DNA from: a virus | Lineage: Duplodnaviria; Heunggongvirae; Uroviricota; Caudoviricetes | Direction: 5' to 3' (one strand) | IMG/VR virus record: IMGVR_UViG_3300047480_000504 | DNA length: 22,981 nt | Shown here: piece by piece, positions 8,119-16,278 of the stretch | Numbering within the stretch: the stretch's first letter is position 1 | Layout: every line of letters starts with the position of its first letter | Notes under the pieces: generated by a model | Databases searched by the model: none | Seen by the model: the letters and a program-made list of their open reading frames with translations, nothing else | What the model was told of the DNA's origin: nothing | Position numbers and translations under genes: made by a program

Positions 8119-8533
8119 ACTAGAAAACAGCATCAACGATGCTTGGTTCAAGTCTGGTAGCTTTGAAACATTTAAGAAGCCAGCACAAGAAAAATATAAA
8201 GTTGCTCAACAAGCAGGAACTGTACAGACTTTAGAAGGTCCTGTACAGTACGAAGCTGGTCATTATATTATGACTGGTCCCAAAGGCGAGCAGTATCCTA
8301 TTACACCAGAAAAGTTTCGCAGTCTCAAAGATGACTTGGGTAATGGCATTGCTACTCCTAAGAAGATTATGAAGATTGCTAAACTTGCTGACCATGACGG
8401 TGTTATACATACATCGTGGGGCGACTTAAACTACACTGCTGGTAATGACTATATTGTACGTCATGGCGCAGGCGACTATGGTGCTGTAAAGAAAGATATC
8501 TTTGCACAAACATACGACACATCAAAGGCATAA
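8105..8533 (+). CDS. PGDYG-like protein with an internal duplication
   Basis: Two repeats, TLEG…YEAGHYIMTGPKGEQYP…KF and TSWGDLNYTAGNDYIVRHGAGDYG…IFAQTY. Start at ATG 8105 is inferred. Confidence 0.65.
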   Translation: MKINELENSINDAWFKSGSFETFKKPAQEKYKVAQQAGTVQTLEGPVQYEAGHYIMTGPKGEQYPITPEKFRSLKDDLGNGIATPKKIMKIAKLADHDGVIHTSWGDLNYTAGNDYIVRHGAGDYGAVKKDIFAQTYDTSKA

Positions 8534-8534
8534 T

Positions 8535-8699
8535 ATGCAAGTAAGAGTAAAAGAAAATCCAGAAGAGTTTGGTAAGTGCGGTTGCGGCCGCAGTCCCAAC
8601 GGCAAGTGTATTGGCTGGCACGGCTTGACTGAAGAACAGTATCAAGAAGCATTAAAGAAATACGAAGAACAATTATTTGATAACGGAGCAGGAATATGA
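8535..8699 (+). CDS. Small CDGSH/NEET-like Fe-S or zinc-binding protein (54 aa)
   Basis: CGCGRSPNGKCIGWH resembles the C-x-C-x2-S…C-D-G-S-H 3Cys-1His motif, one residue shorter. Confidence 0.6.
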   Translation: MQVRVKENPEEFGKCGCGRSPNGKCIGWHGLTEEQYQEALKKYEEQLFDNGAGI

Positions 8700-8776
8700 T
8701 TATTGATGTACCAGAGGACTGGGTACCTTTTATACCCGATGAACAAGCAATGGGACAATGGTCCCTACCACAATAA
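8696..8776 (+). CDS. Possible 26-aa microprotein (MIIDVPEDWVPFIPDEQAMGQWSLPQ), not in the ORF track
   Basis: ATGA overlap with the upstream stop, purine-rich GGAGCAGGA upstream, and it exactly fills the gap before glutaredoxin. Confidence 0.45.
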   Translation: MIIDVPEDWVPFIPDEQAMGQWSLPQ

Positions 8777-8785
8777 GGAATAAAA

Positions 8786-9031
8786 ATGGAAATCGTAGTT
8801 TATAGCAAGGATCACTGTCCTTATTGCGACCAAGCAAAAGCATGGTTAGGTAGTAAAGGGTTTGCCTTTACAGAACACAAAGTAGGCTATAATGGCTTTA
8901 CTCGTGAAAACTTATTAGAAGCAGTACCAACTGCCCGAACTGTTCCCCAAATTATTATTGATGGAAATCTTGTTGGCGGCTGGGACGACTTACGTAAGAG
9001 TGAGTTCTATGCCAACGCTAACAAGGGATAA
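8786..9031 (+). CDS. grx: Glutaredoxin (dithiol)
   Basis: CPYC active site, TVPQI and IDGNLVGGWDDL. Confidence 0.95.
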   Translation: MEIVVYSKDHCPYCDQAKAWLGSKGFAFTEHKVGYNGFTRENLLEAVPTARTVPQIIIDGNLVGGWDDLRKSEFYANANKG

Positions 9032-9290
9032 GTTCTATTCAGCAAAGACTGCCGCCATGGTGTATACATTAAAGGACATTAGGCGGTGGTTAATTGATAA
9101 CTGCAAGAATCGTTGGACAGCAACTGACTACAAAGGTGACCCGTTTAACTGGCGCAAATTGTCAAAGGTAGAATCAGCTAAACACTCACATGAGATGTTT
9201 GATATTACCATTATGGTTCACTTTAAAAAGCCAGAAGATTTAATGCTTTATTTGCTAACTTGGCCAAGTGAAGTCTTGCTTAATCCCTAA
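9009..9290 (+). CDS. Hypothetical protein (about 93 aa)
   Basis: The ORF fills the gap. Start at ATG 9009 (MPTLTR) is inferred to minimise overlap. Confidence 0.6.
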   Translation: MPTLTRDKFYSAKTAAMVYTLKDIRRWLIDNCKNRWTATDYKGDPFNWRKLSKVESAKHSHEMFDITIMVHFKKPEDLMLYLLTWPSEVLLNP

Positions 9291-9304
9291 ATAGATGTTA
9301 CAAT
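9276..9304 (+). promoter_or_regulatory. Putative folE promoter (sigma70-type with extended -10) overlapping a TAAATA late-type box
   Basis: TTGCTT (9276-9281), 17 bp, TACAAT (9299-9304) preceded by TGn. TAAATA at 9288-9293. Confidence 0.6.
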
Positions 9305-9346
9305 AAACAATATGACATCCACGTCATTAACTCGGAGAAAACAAAA

Positions 9347-10066
9347 TTGACAGAACTACATTATAAAGAAGAAGACGGCAAGCCACTTAGCCAGGTTATC
9401 CGCAGTCGCCTTAAACAGGATAACAAACGTTTCTGGGCAGGTGACAACATTAGCGAATACATTAGCGATGTTGAAAAGGATCAACTAATCAATGAAGCTA
9501 CAGTCGCGTTCGAACAAGTGCTCGACACTTTGCTCATTGATCGCGAAACAGATCCAAACTCTAAAGGTACTGCAAGACGACTTGCCAAGATGTACTACAA
9601 TGAAATCATGGCAGGACGATATGACCCAGCACCAGACGCAACAGCATTTCCAAACGACTCGGCGGACCGTTACGAAGGTATGTTGGTTGTTCGCAGTGAG
9701 CTTCGCAGTATGTGTAGCCATCATCACCAACCCGTTAGTGGCGTTGCTTATATTGGCATTATTGCCGCTGAGAAACTTATTGGACTCTCAAAGTACACAC
9801 GTATCGCCCAGTGGTGTGCAAGACGAGGTACTCTCCAGGAGGAACTTGCTAATGACATTGCTAGGGAAATCCAAAAAGCCACAGATGCAAAAGACGTAGG
9901 CGTTTATGTACAGGCTGTACATGGATGCTGTGAGAACCGGGGCATTATGGCACACTCTAGCTTGACACAGACTACAGTGCTCAAAGGTGCTTTCCAAAGT
10001 GATCAAAGCACAAAGAAAGAGTTTTTTGACAACATCAAACTCCAACAAGACTTTGCTCCACGATGA
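9347..10066 (+). CDS. folE: GTP cyclohydrolase I
   Basis: RSMCSHHH, GLSKYTRI, LQEEL and HGCCENRG zinc/active-site motifs. TTG start with SD GGAG at 9334-9337. Confidence 0.95.
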   Translation: MTELHYKEEDGKPLSQVIRSRLKQDNKRFWAGDNISEYISDVEKDQLINEATVAFEQVLDTLLIDRETDPNSKGTARRLAKMYYNEIMAGRYDPAPDATAFPNDSADRYEGMLVVRSELRSMCSHHHQPVSGVAYIGIIAAEKLIGLSKYTRIAQWCARRGTLQEELANDIAREIQKATDAKDVGVYVQAVHGCCENRGIMAHSSLTQTTVLKGAFQSDQSTKKEFFDNIKLQQDFAPR

Positions 10067-10743
10067 CCTACTGCCTAGTCCCAATGACTGTTGAGGAAAT
10101 TCAGCAACTTGTTGGGCCAACATTTGCTGACACATTTCACACTGAATTTGAAAAAGTTCTTGAACCATTGCGAAAGTATATTGATCAAGGTCGGCCTCTT
10201 AGCATGGGTAAAGAGCTATGGGAATATATAGTAACAGATAGTATTCCAGATTCAGAATGGTGCGGTGCTGGCAAAGGCATTGCTGATGTACGTATAGGTG
10301 AAAGTATTGCTGATGTAAAGAGTCTACAGCGTGGTAATACTACTACCACAGAAGCTAGTTTACATCAAAAGTTACTCAAGAAAGACAGTGCCGAATACTA
10401 CGCAACATTTGATATAGAATACCTTTGGAATCTCTTGGTTGGCGGCTGGTTGGAAAAAGTTAATTCAGTTGAACAGTATTACTTGTTGGCTATTATTAGA
10501 GACAAAAAAACTTTACAGTGCTCATTGATTGGTTTTCGAAAGCTAGATGTAAACCCAGTCTTTGACATTGACAAATGTACTCTTAGCAAGAAGGAAGCGT
10601 CAGTTACAGTAACCTCGTTAGCTGATCCCAAACTTGTTCAGATAAAATTATATCGAGGCAAAACAAGGATGGAAATTAAATTTAAAAAAGCAGTTTTTTC
10701 TAATCCCAAGTACAGCTTTCCTATATATAAAGGAATCAAATAA
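10063..10743 (+). CDS. Putative PD-(D/E)XK nuclease (restriction-endonuclease-like)
   Basis: ELWE helix followed by IADVRIGESIADVKSL (D…D-x-K). Lys-rich C-terminal half. ATGA overlap with folE. Confidence 0.5.
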   Translation: MTYCLVPMTVEEIQQLVGPTFADTFHTEFEKVLEPLRKYIDQGRPLSMGKELWEYIVTDSIPDSEWCGAGKGIADVRIGESIADVKSLQRGNTTTTEASLHQKLLKKDSAEYYATFDIEYLWNLLVGGWLEKVNSVEQYYLLAIIRDKKTLQCSLIGFRKLDVNPVFDIDKCTLSKKEASVTVTSLADPKLVQIKLYRGKTRMEIKFKKAVFSNPKYSFPIYKGIK

Positions 10744-11201
10744 TGGATAATAGCGATAAAGACAAATTAAAAGATGTGCTATCAAGTATAGATCCTGTTG
10801 AGTTTAAGTGGGACGAGTCTAACATGTCTGTTGGTGTTATTGCACAAGAGATTGGTGCCATTGGTGCTAGCGATACGTACATTATGAACGATACCAGTGC
10901 TATCGATCTTGGTAACATAACTATCGGACCAAGCAGTTGGGCCAATGGTAGTAGCATATCGTTCAGCAGTGGCGACACACTTAATGCAGGTACTACTCAG
11001 TATGGTAAAACAACTATCACCACTGCTAAGAGCACAATAGACATTGACGAGCTAGCTGACATGATGGAAACACTTAAAAAGCGTTTGCTTATCTTGGCAC
11101 CCAACTTTGAAATGCATGAAAAGTATCCTATGCTTAAAGAACTGTACGATGAGTACAAAGCAATGGAACGACTGTTAAGCGGACCCGATACTGATGAATA
11201 A
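10743..11201 (+). CDS. Hypothetical protein with an N-terminal peptidase S74 (tail-spike chaperone)-like fragment
   Basis: IDPVEFKW…VGVIAQEI, a Ser/Gly/Thr-rich linker and a helical C-terminus (KKRLLILAPNFE…LKELYDEYK). Confidence 0.6.
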   Translation: MDNSDKDKLKDVLSSIDPVEFKWDESNMSVGVIAQEIGAIGASDTYIMNDTSAIDLGNITIGPSSWANGSSISFSSGDTLNAGTTQYGKTTITTAKSTIDIDELADMMETLKKRLLILAPNFEMHEKYPMLKELYDEYKAMERLLSGPDTDE

Positions 11202-11694
11202 ACTATCACTTTCTTGGCATGATATTGAATGGCATGTGCAGACCATTGCTCGTAATATGCAACTAGATGGTTGGCGCCCAGACTTGATCATCGGAGTAGA
11301 CCGCGGCGGTCTTGCTGCCAGTATTATGCTTAGTCATTACCTTGCTGTACCACATACAACTGTTAAGGTGTCCTTGCGTGATACACCGGATTCCGAATCT
11401 CTGCTATGGGCACCAGATGACGTTATTGCAGGCAAGAAAATACTGTTAGTAGATGACATTAATGATCAAGGCTCAACGCAAGAATGGCTCAAAGCAGACT
11501 GGGCCTCCAGTGTGGCAGGAATAGAGGTTGACTTTATTGACAAATTCTGGCATAATAGTGTTCGTTGGGCAAGTCTTGTTGAAAACGAAAGTAGCAAAGA
11601 GTACAGTGATTATTATGGCACTGCTATCAACAAACTTGAACGTGATATTTGGATTGACTTTCCTTGGGAATCTTTTTGGAGTAGGGACACATGA
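11194..11694 (+). CDS. Type I phosphoribosyltransferase (Gpt/Hpt-like)
   Basis: IIGVDRGGL and the PRPP-binding loop ILLVDDINDQGST. C-terminal WIDFPWE. Confidence 0.9.
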   Translation: MNKLSLSWHDIEWHVQTIARNMQLDGWRPDLIIGVDRGGLAASIMLSHYLAVPHTTVKVSLRDTPDSESLLWAPDDVIAGKKILLVDDINDQGSTQEWLKADWASSVAGIEVDFIDKFWHNSVRWASLVENESSKEYSDYYGTAINKLERDIWIDFPWESFWSRDT

Positions 11695-12104
11695 AAATAG
11701 GATTTAGTTTAGGTCGTTGTATCCGTGACATTGTTAATGGAACAGTGGAACAGGATGATGTTGTTGTAATTGTCTCAGGTACTCGCTTTACTACTCAAGA
11801 ACAATTGGATGGTATTGTTGCCGAGTATATGTGGCGGGATAACTACTTGTTGGGACTAGACGAAGCCGCGTGTCATGGCGTAGCAAGTATCTTGTTTCGC
11901 GAAGGCAAAATTCACCAACCTCGTAACTTTGGCACATACCGTAGCCAAATGCCAGAGGATTGTGTGTGGGCTGACTTGTTGCCCACAGGAGGACACCAAG
12001 ATCCTATGGTACAAGAAGCATGGCAAGCCTATCGTAGCATGTTAGGTCTCACTGGCAATAAGCCAGAGAATAAAGAATATATCGAATCGAATTGGAAAAT
12101 CTAA
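11691..12104 (+). CDS. Hypothetical phage protein
   Basis: 137 aa, ATGA-coupled, SD-like AGGGA. Confidence 0.7.
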   Translation: MKIGFSLGRCIRDIVNGTVEQDDVVVIVSGTRFTTQEQLDGIVAEYMWRDNYLLGLDEAACHGVASILFREGKIHQPRNFGTYRSQMPEDCVWADLLPTGGHQDPMVQEAWQAYRSMLGLTGNKPENKEYIESNWKI

Positions 12105-12105
12105 A

Positions 12106-12423
12106 ATGACATTTGTAGTCACTGAAAGCTGTATTAAATGCAAGTACACTGATTGTGTAGATGTGTGCCCTGTTGATTGCTTCAAAGAAGGTCCTAACTT
12201 TTTAGTTATCGACCCTGACAATTGCATCGACTGTGCAGTGTGCGTTCCAGAATGTCCAGTTGATGCTATTGTGCCCGGACACGAAGTTAAGGATGAGTTT
12301 TGGACTAATATCAATGCTCGACTTGCTGTTGGCTGGCCAGTTATCAACAAAAAGAAAAGTCCGTTGCCCGAGGCCGAAGAGTTCAAAGCAATTAAAGATA
12401 AACGTCATCTTTTAGAAGAATGA
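12106..12423 (+). CDS. fdxA: Ferredoxin, FdxA/Azotobacter FdI-like (7Fe type)
   Basis: [14 protein letters not shown] and [12 protein letters not shown], plus the C-terminal extension (WPVI…K.PLPEAE) typical of this family. Confidence 0.93.
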   Translation: MTFVVTESCIKCKYTDCVDVCPVDCFKEGPNFLVIDPDNCIDCAVCVPECPVDAIVPGHEVKDEFWTNINARLAVGWPVINKKKSPLPEAEEFKAIKDKRHLLEE

Positions 12424-13163
12424 GTTTGATCAATCTAATCAAACTAGACAGCGTACCAAAACTAGTAGAAAAATATGCTGGAGTTGGTGCGTTGCCATTA
12501 GCACTGCCTAAGTTTGAGTTAGATGACACAGAAGCGTTCTGGCGTATATGGAACGATGAAGTAGTCCCTGTTGATCGTCAGCACATTGATCGTGGTGCGT
12601 TGGGTAAAGATGCTCCTGTTATGTCCTTTACCCAATGGGAAGGATTAGCATTGTATGAGGATACTACGCTACTATCTAAAGCCGCTTGGAATACTAAAAT
12701 ATCAGGTGCATTGGCCTCTACACAACCAAAGTTTCTAAAATCTATATTTGAACAGCTACCATTTTGTAGAATACGTTCGGTTAGACTATGGAGTGCTAAC
12801 CGTGAAGTAAGAGCACACTATGATGGGAACATGCCGCCTAGTTTAGATGGTCTGCTACGATTCCCTACTGAAATAAGAATTATGTTGGATGATCAAAATC
12901 CAACTGAAACGTTTTGGTTAACTCCAGTTGCCAAACACAATCCTCAAACGGAAGTTCCACAAGTGGATAAACACTATGTCAAACTTCCGATAGATACTAA
13001 TACATTTGCATGGAACAATGAAGATTTCTTGCACGGAGCAGATTTTGATCCACGGTATAGAAAAATACTTGTGGTCATTAAAGGTTGGGTTGATGTAGAT
13101 AGACTTGAGTCGCTACTCGATCAAAGCATAAACAAGTACCCAGAGTACATTATCAAAGGTTAA
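12420..13163 (+). CDS. Putative 2OG-Fe(II)/cupin-type oxygenase (aspartyl beta-hydroxylase-like)
   Basis: Facial-triad-like pattern AHYD … LHGAD … RKIL in a beta-rich C-terminal half. Confidence 0.55.
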   Translation: MSLINLIKLDSVPKLVEKYAGVGALPLALPKFELDDTEAFWRIWNDEVVPVDRQHIDRGALGKDAPVMSFTQWEGLALYEDTTLLSKAAWNTKISGALASTQPKFLKSIFEQLPFCRIRSVRLWSANREVRAHYDGNMPPSLDGLLRFPTEIRIMLDDQNPTETFWLTPVAKHNPQTEVPQVDKHYVKLPIDTNTFAWNNEDFLHGADFDPRYRKILVVIKGWVDVDRLESLLDQSINKYPEYIIKG

Positions 13164-13164
13164 C

Positions 13165-13956
13165 ATGACAAACATTATTATTCAAGGCAAGGGCATTGTT
13201 GGACAATCAACAGCATTATTTTTACGAGAGTTCTTACCAAATGCAAACGTTCAATTCAATGATCCATATAAGCAAGTAATCCTACCAACAGACGCTTGGT
13301 CAACTGCTGACTATGTTATTGTTTGTGTAAACACAGACTTAGACGAGTCATTGCCATTACCAGAAAACAATACAAAAAATGTCAATGATGCTATCAACGA
13401 AGCACTAGCAAACGGATTCAAAGGTACTGTGGTTGTTCGCAGTACACTAGGCATGAGTGCAATTAAAGATTACACTGAACAACTGGGCCAGCATTTGTTA
13501 GTATGGCCCGAATACATTAGAGAAGCCACATGGAGAGAAGATTCAGTAAATCCAAAGTTTATTGTACTCGGTGGTGAACCTGCAGAAGCCTTTGCAGACT
13601 TGCTAACAGAATACAAAGGACCAGCATTTATCACTGATCCAATGGAAGCGATGGTTGCTAAACTTTCTACCAATACCTTCTTGGCAATGAAAGTTATTTT
13701 TGCCAATCAAGTTGAGCAGTTATGCAAGGCCGTTGGAGCAGACTATAGCATTGTCCGTGTCATGCTAGAGAATGAAGGACGATTAGGATCAAGCCATTGG
13801 TCCGTTCCGGGCTTTGATGGTGTTCCTGGCTATTCGGGTAAATGCTTTCCCAAAGATGTACAAACGTTTGAAACTGCATTGGTCAAGTCTGGAATCCACG
13901 TGGACCTGATTCGTGCTATCACAGATCTAAATAACGAAATGAGAAACAATGGCTAA
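13165..13956 (+). CDS. UDP-glucose/GDP-mannose dehydrogenase family, short form lacking the C-terminal domain
   Basis: GKGIVG Rossmann motif, PEYIRE, KLSTNTFLAMKVIFAN and GYSGKCFPKD (catalytic Cys). Only 263 aa. Confidence 0.85.
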   Translation: MTNIIIQGKGIVGQSTALFLREFLPNANVQFNDPYKQVILPTDAWSTADYVIVCVNTDLDESLPLPENNTKNVNDAINEALANGFKGTVVVRSTLGMSAIKDYTEQLGQHLLVWPEYIREATWREDSVNPKFIVLGGEPAEAFADLLTEYKGPAFITDPMEAMVAKLSTNTFLAMKVIFANQVEQLCKAVGADYSIVRVMLENEGRLGSSHWSVPGFDGVPGYSGKCFPKDVQTFETALVKSGIHVDLIRAITDLNNEMRNNG

Positions 13957-14245
13957 AACTGATCCATGGCAACATGTTGTAAAAGCATTACAAAATATTA
14001 GAGGTTTGGACGCAGACCCCATTGACCCCCGTTGGGTTTTGTGTTATACTGATGGTATAAGAAATATTGCTATGGATCATGGACATGCCAATTTGGATGA
14101 TGTGCTCCAGGCATTTGAAGATTTCTGTAAAGGCTGTGGCTTTGTGTTTGATCACTTTGCAATAGTAGATGAGGATGGCATTCCCATTCATGGACTTAAC
14201 TCGATAGCTAAATTAGAAGGCGGCGATGAAGATCAAACTAGTTAG
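13949..14245 (+). CDS. Hypothetical protein (98 aa)
   Basis: Overlap-coupled ORF on the coding strand. Confidence 0.6.
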   Translation: MAKTDPWQHVVKALQNIRGLDADPIDPRWVLCYTDGIRNIAMDHGHANLDDVLQAFEDFCKGCGFVFDHFAIVDEDGIPIHGLNSIAKLEGGDEDQTS

Positions 14246-15080
14246 TGACTTGCACTTGGAGTTTAGTGATATCAACATCACTAACGATGACAAATGTGAC
14301 GTGCTTATCTTATCCGGCGACATTATGATCGCTCAGGACCTGCACGACCATATTGCCGCTGACTTTAGTCCGTACAGCAATGGTGCATTGGCTGACCTTA
14401 GCCGCAAGATGCAACGAGTTGCTCGCTTCCGTGACTTCTTAAAGCGTTGCAGTTTCCAATTCCCGCATACAGTTTATGTTGCTGGTAACCATGAATTTTA
14501 TCATGGCAAGTTTTTTGCTGGCATCGATTACTTGCGTGAAGAATGTGCAAGATTTCCTAATGTTTACTTCTTAGAACGTGACACTAAGGTAATCGACAAC
14601 GTAACGTTCATTGGTGCTACGCTGTGGACTGACATGAACAAAGGCGATCCTCTGACCATGCATGCCATTGAAGGCTTAATGAATGACTTCCGTATCATTC
14701 GAAATGACAAACGAGAATTTGCTCGTATGAGTGCTCGTGATGTTGTTGATCGTCATGCCCGTACATTGCAATACTTTAGAAGCGTACTTGCTGAACAGCA
14801 CGACAAGAAATTTGTTGTTGTTGGACATCACAGCCCGAGCTTTCAAAGTGTGCATGAAAGCTACAAAAATGAATACTTGATGAACGGTGGTTACCACAGT
14901 GACTTGAGTGAATTTATTCTTGACCATCCTCAGATCAAACTTTGGACACATGGTCACACACATCACCCGTTTGATTACATGATCGGCGAGACTCGAGTAG
15001 TATGTAACCCACGTGGTTACGAAAGCGATGGCTACAGTGAAGACAGTGGCTGGAATCCTAACATTGTATTAGAGGTATAA
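14226..15080 (+). CDS. Calcineurin-like metallophosphoesterase
   Basis: SDLH, GD, GNHE, HH and GHTH motifs in canonical order. Confidence 0.92.
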   Translation: MKIKLVSDLHLEFSDINITNDDKCDVLILSGDIMIAQDLHDHIAADFSPYSNGALADLSRKMQRVARFRDFLKRCSFQFPHTVYVAGNHEFYHGKFFAGIDYLREECARFPNVYFLERDTKVIDNVTFIGATLWTDMNKGDPLTMHAIEGLMNDFRIIRNDKREFARMSARDVVDRHARTLQYFRSVLAEQHDKKFVVVGHHSPSFQSVHESYKNEYLMNGGYHSDLSEFILDHPQIKLWTHGHTHHPFDYMIGETRVVCNPRGYESDGYSEDSGWNPNIVLEV

Positions 15081-15081
15081 C

Positions 15082-15609
15082 ATGGAACTGAAAACTTTTT
15101 TAGAAGCAATTAACTATAAGATTACCGAAGGCAGTGAATACTGCTGGGACATTTATGGTTATCACACACATCGATTGGAACAGCAAACCGAATCAGGAAA
15201 CTCAGTTTCCTGCGTGTTTGACACTACTAATCAAATGATTTACGAGTTGGAAGCATGGGACAACTCTAACGATCGTGTGTATCGTTGGATCCATCCCGAC
15301 TATGTAGAAGCATACAAGGCTGAGTGCGTTGATCGAAATGTTGTATTTGAAAATGCATACGATAACGTTGACTTTACAGACATCGAAGTAGAAGAAGATA
15401 TCCTGGAAAAGATTCGTGGTATCTCAAATGATGCCGAGTACGATACACGAATACAAGTGCCAATTGACTTTACTGATGATGAGTTGTTAAAGTACATGAA
15501 GATGGCACATGAGCGTGACATGACGTTTAACCAATTTGTCGAAGAAGCATTGCGACAAGCAATTGAACGTCACAAGTTGGAAGATGACACAGAGTATAGT
15601 GAGATCTAA
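15082..15609 (+). CDS. Conserved-looking phage protein with a possible C-terminal ribbon-helix-helix
   Basis: C-terminus IQVPIDFTDDELLKYMKMAHERDMTFNQFVEEALRQAI fits a strand-helix-helix pattern. Confidence 0.65.
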   Translation: MELKTFLEAINYKITEGSEYCWDIYGYHTHRLEQQTESGNSVSCVFDTTNQMIYELEAWDNSNDRVYRWIHPDYVEAYKAECVDRNVVFENAYDNVDFTDIEVEEDILEKIRGISNDAEYDTRIQVPIDFTDDELLKYMKMAHERDMTFNQFVEEALRQAIERHKLEDDTEYSEI

Positions 15610-15612
15610 TCC

Positions 15613-15828
15613 ATGAAGCCAATTGCCCCGCCAGAAACCCTATGTGTTTGGATTGTAGCTAGTATTAGTACAAGTGGTACAATGACGACACATAGCCCTT
15701 CAGCGGCGGTGTCGACTATCTTTCCCGGATACTATGTTAGCCTTGAAGATGCACAACAAGAACAAATGCTGTTGGCACTAAAAGGTACTAGAGCACATGT
15801 ATTTCAATTGGACTTTCCGAGACCATGA
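15613..15828 (+). CDS. Hypothetical protein (71 aa)
   Basis: Fills the gap; ATGA-coupled to the next ORF. Confidence 0.55.
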   Translation: MKPIAPPETLCVWIVASISTSGTMTTHSPSAAVSTIFPGYYVSLEDAQQEQMLLALKGTRAHVFQLDFPRP

Positions 15829-16016
15829 AGACAAGAGAACAAATTATTACCAGCATGTGCTACACATGGAGGCATGACTATGGTCTTCGCAAAGACGATA
15901 ATACCTCACTAAATGCAGGAATGACTGAATCACAAGCAAGACTAATGTGGCAACGGATGGCACAGCTTTTTGACAATGATATTGCACCGCATATGGAATT
16001 TAAAAATGGACAGTAA
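15825..16016 (+). CDS. Hypothetical protein (63 aa)
   Basis: Coupled ORF on the coding strand. Confidence 0.6.
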   Translation: MKTREQIITSMCYTWRHDYGLRKDDNTSLNAGMTESQARLMWQRMAQLFDNDIAPHMEFKNGQ

Positions 16017-16278
16017 ACTTTACGAAATTATGAACATCCTCTCAGAGGAATGTGCCGAGGTGGTACAGGCAGTAAGCAAGTGCAATCGCTTTGGTTTGGA
16101 TAACTTCAAGCCCGGTAAACCCCTAACTAATGCACAACACTTAGAAGGTGAAATTGGTGATTTACTTGCCATGGTAGATCTGTTAAAATTAAAGGGCGTT
16201 GTAACAGATGCAGGCCTCGAAGCCGCAAAGTTAGCCAAGATTGAAAAATTAAAGAAATGGTCAAATATCTATGAATGA
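16006..16278 (+). CDS. MazG-like NTP pyrophosphohydrolase (single domain)
   Basis: EECAEVVQAVSK…RFG…LEGEIGDLLAM (EExxE…ExxD). Start at ATG 16006 is inferred. Confidence 0.8.
   Translation: MDSKLYEIMNILSEECAEVVQAVSKCNRFGLDNFKPGKPLTNAQHLEGEIGDLLAMVDLLKLKGVVTDAGLEAAKLAKIEKLKKWSNIYE

Noticed and set aside
9347-9367. TTGACA and TATAAA at the folE start as a promoter
   Set aside because: The spacing is only 9 bp, and TTGACA is simply the TTG start plus the next codon.
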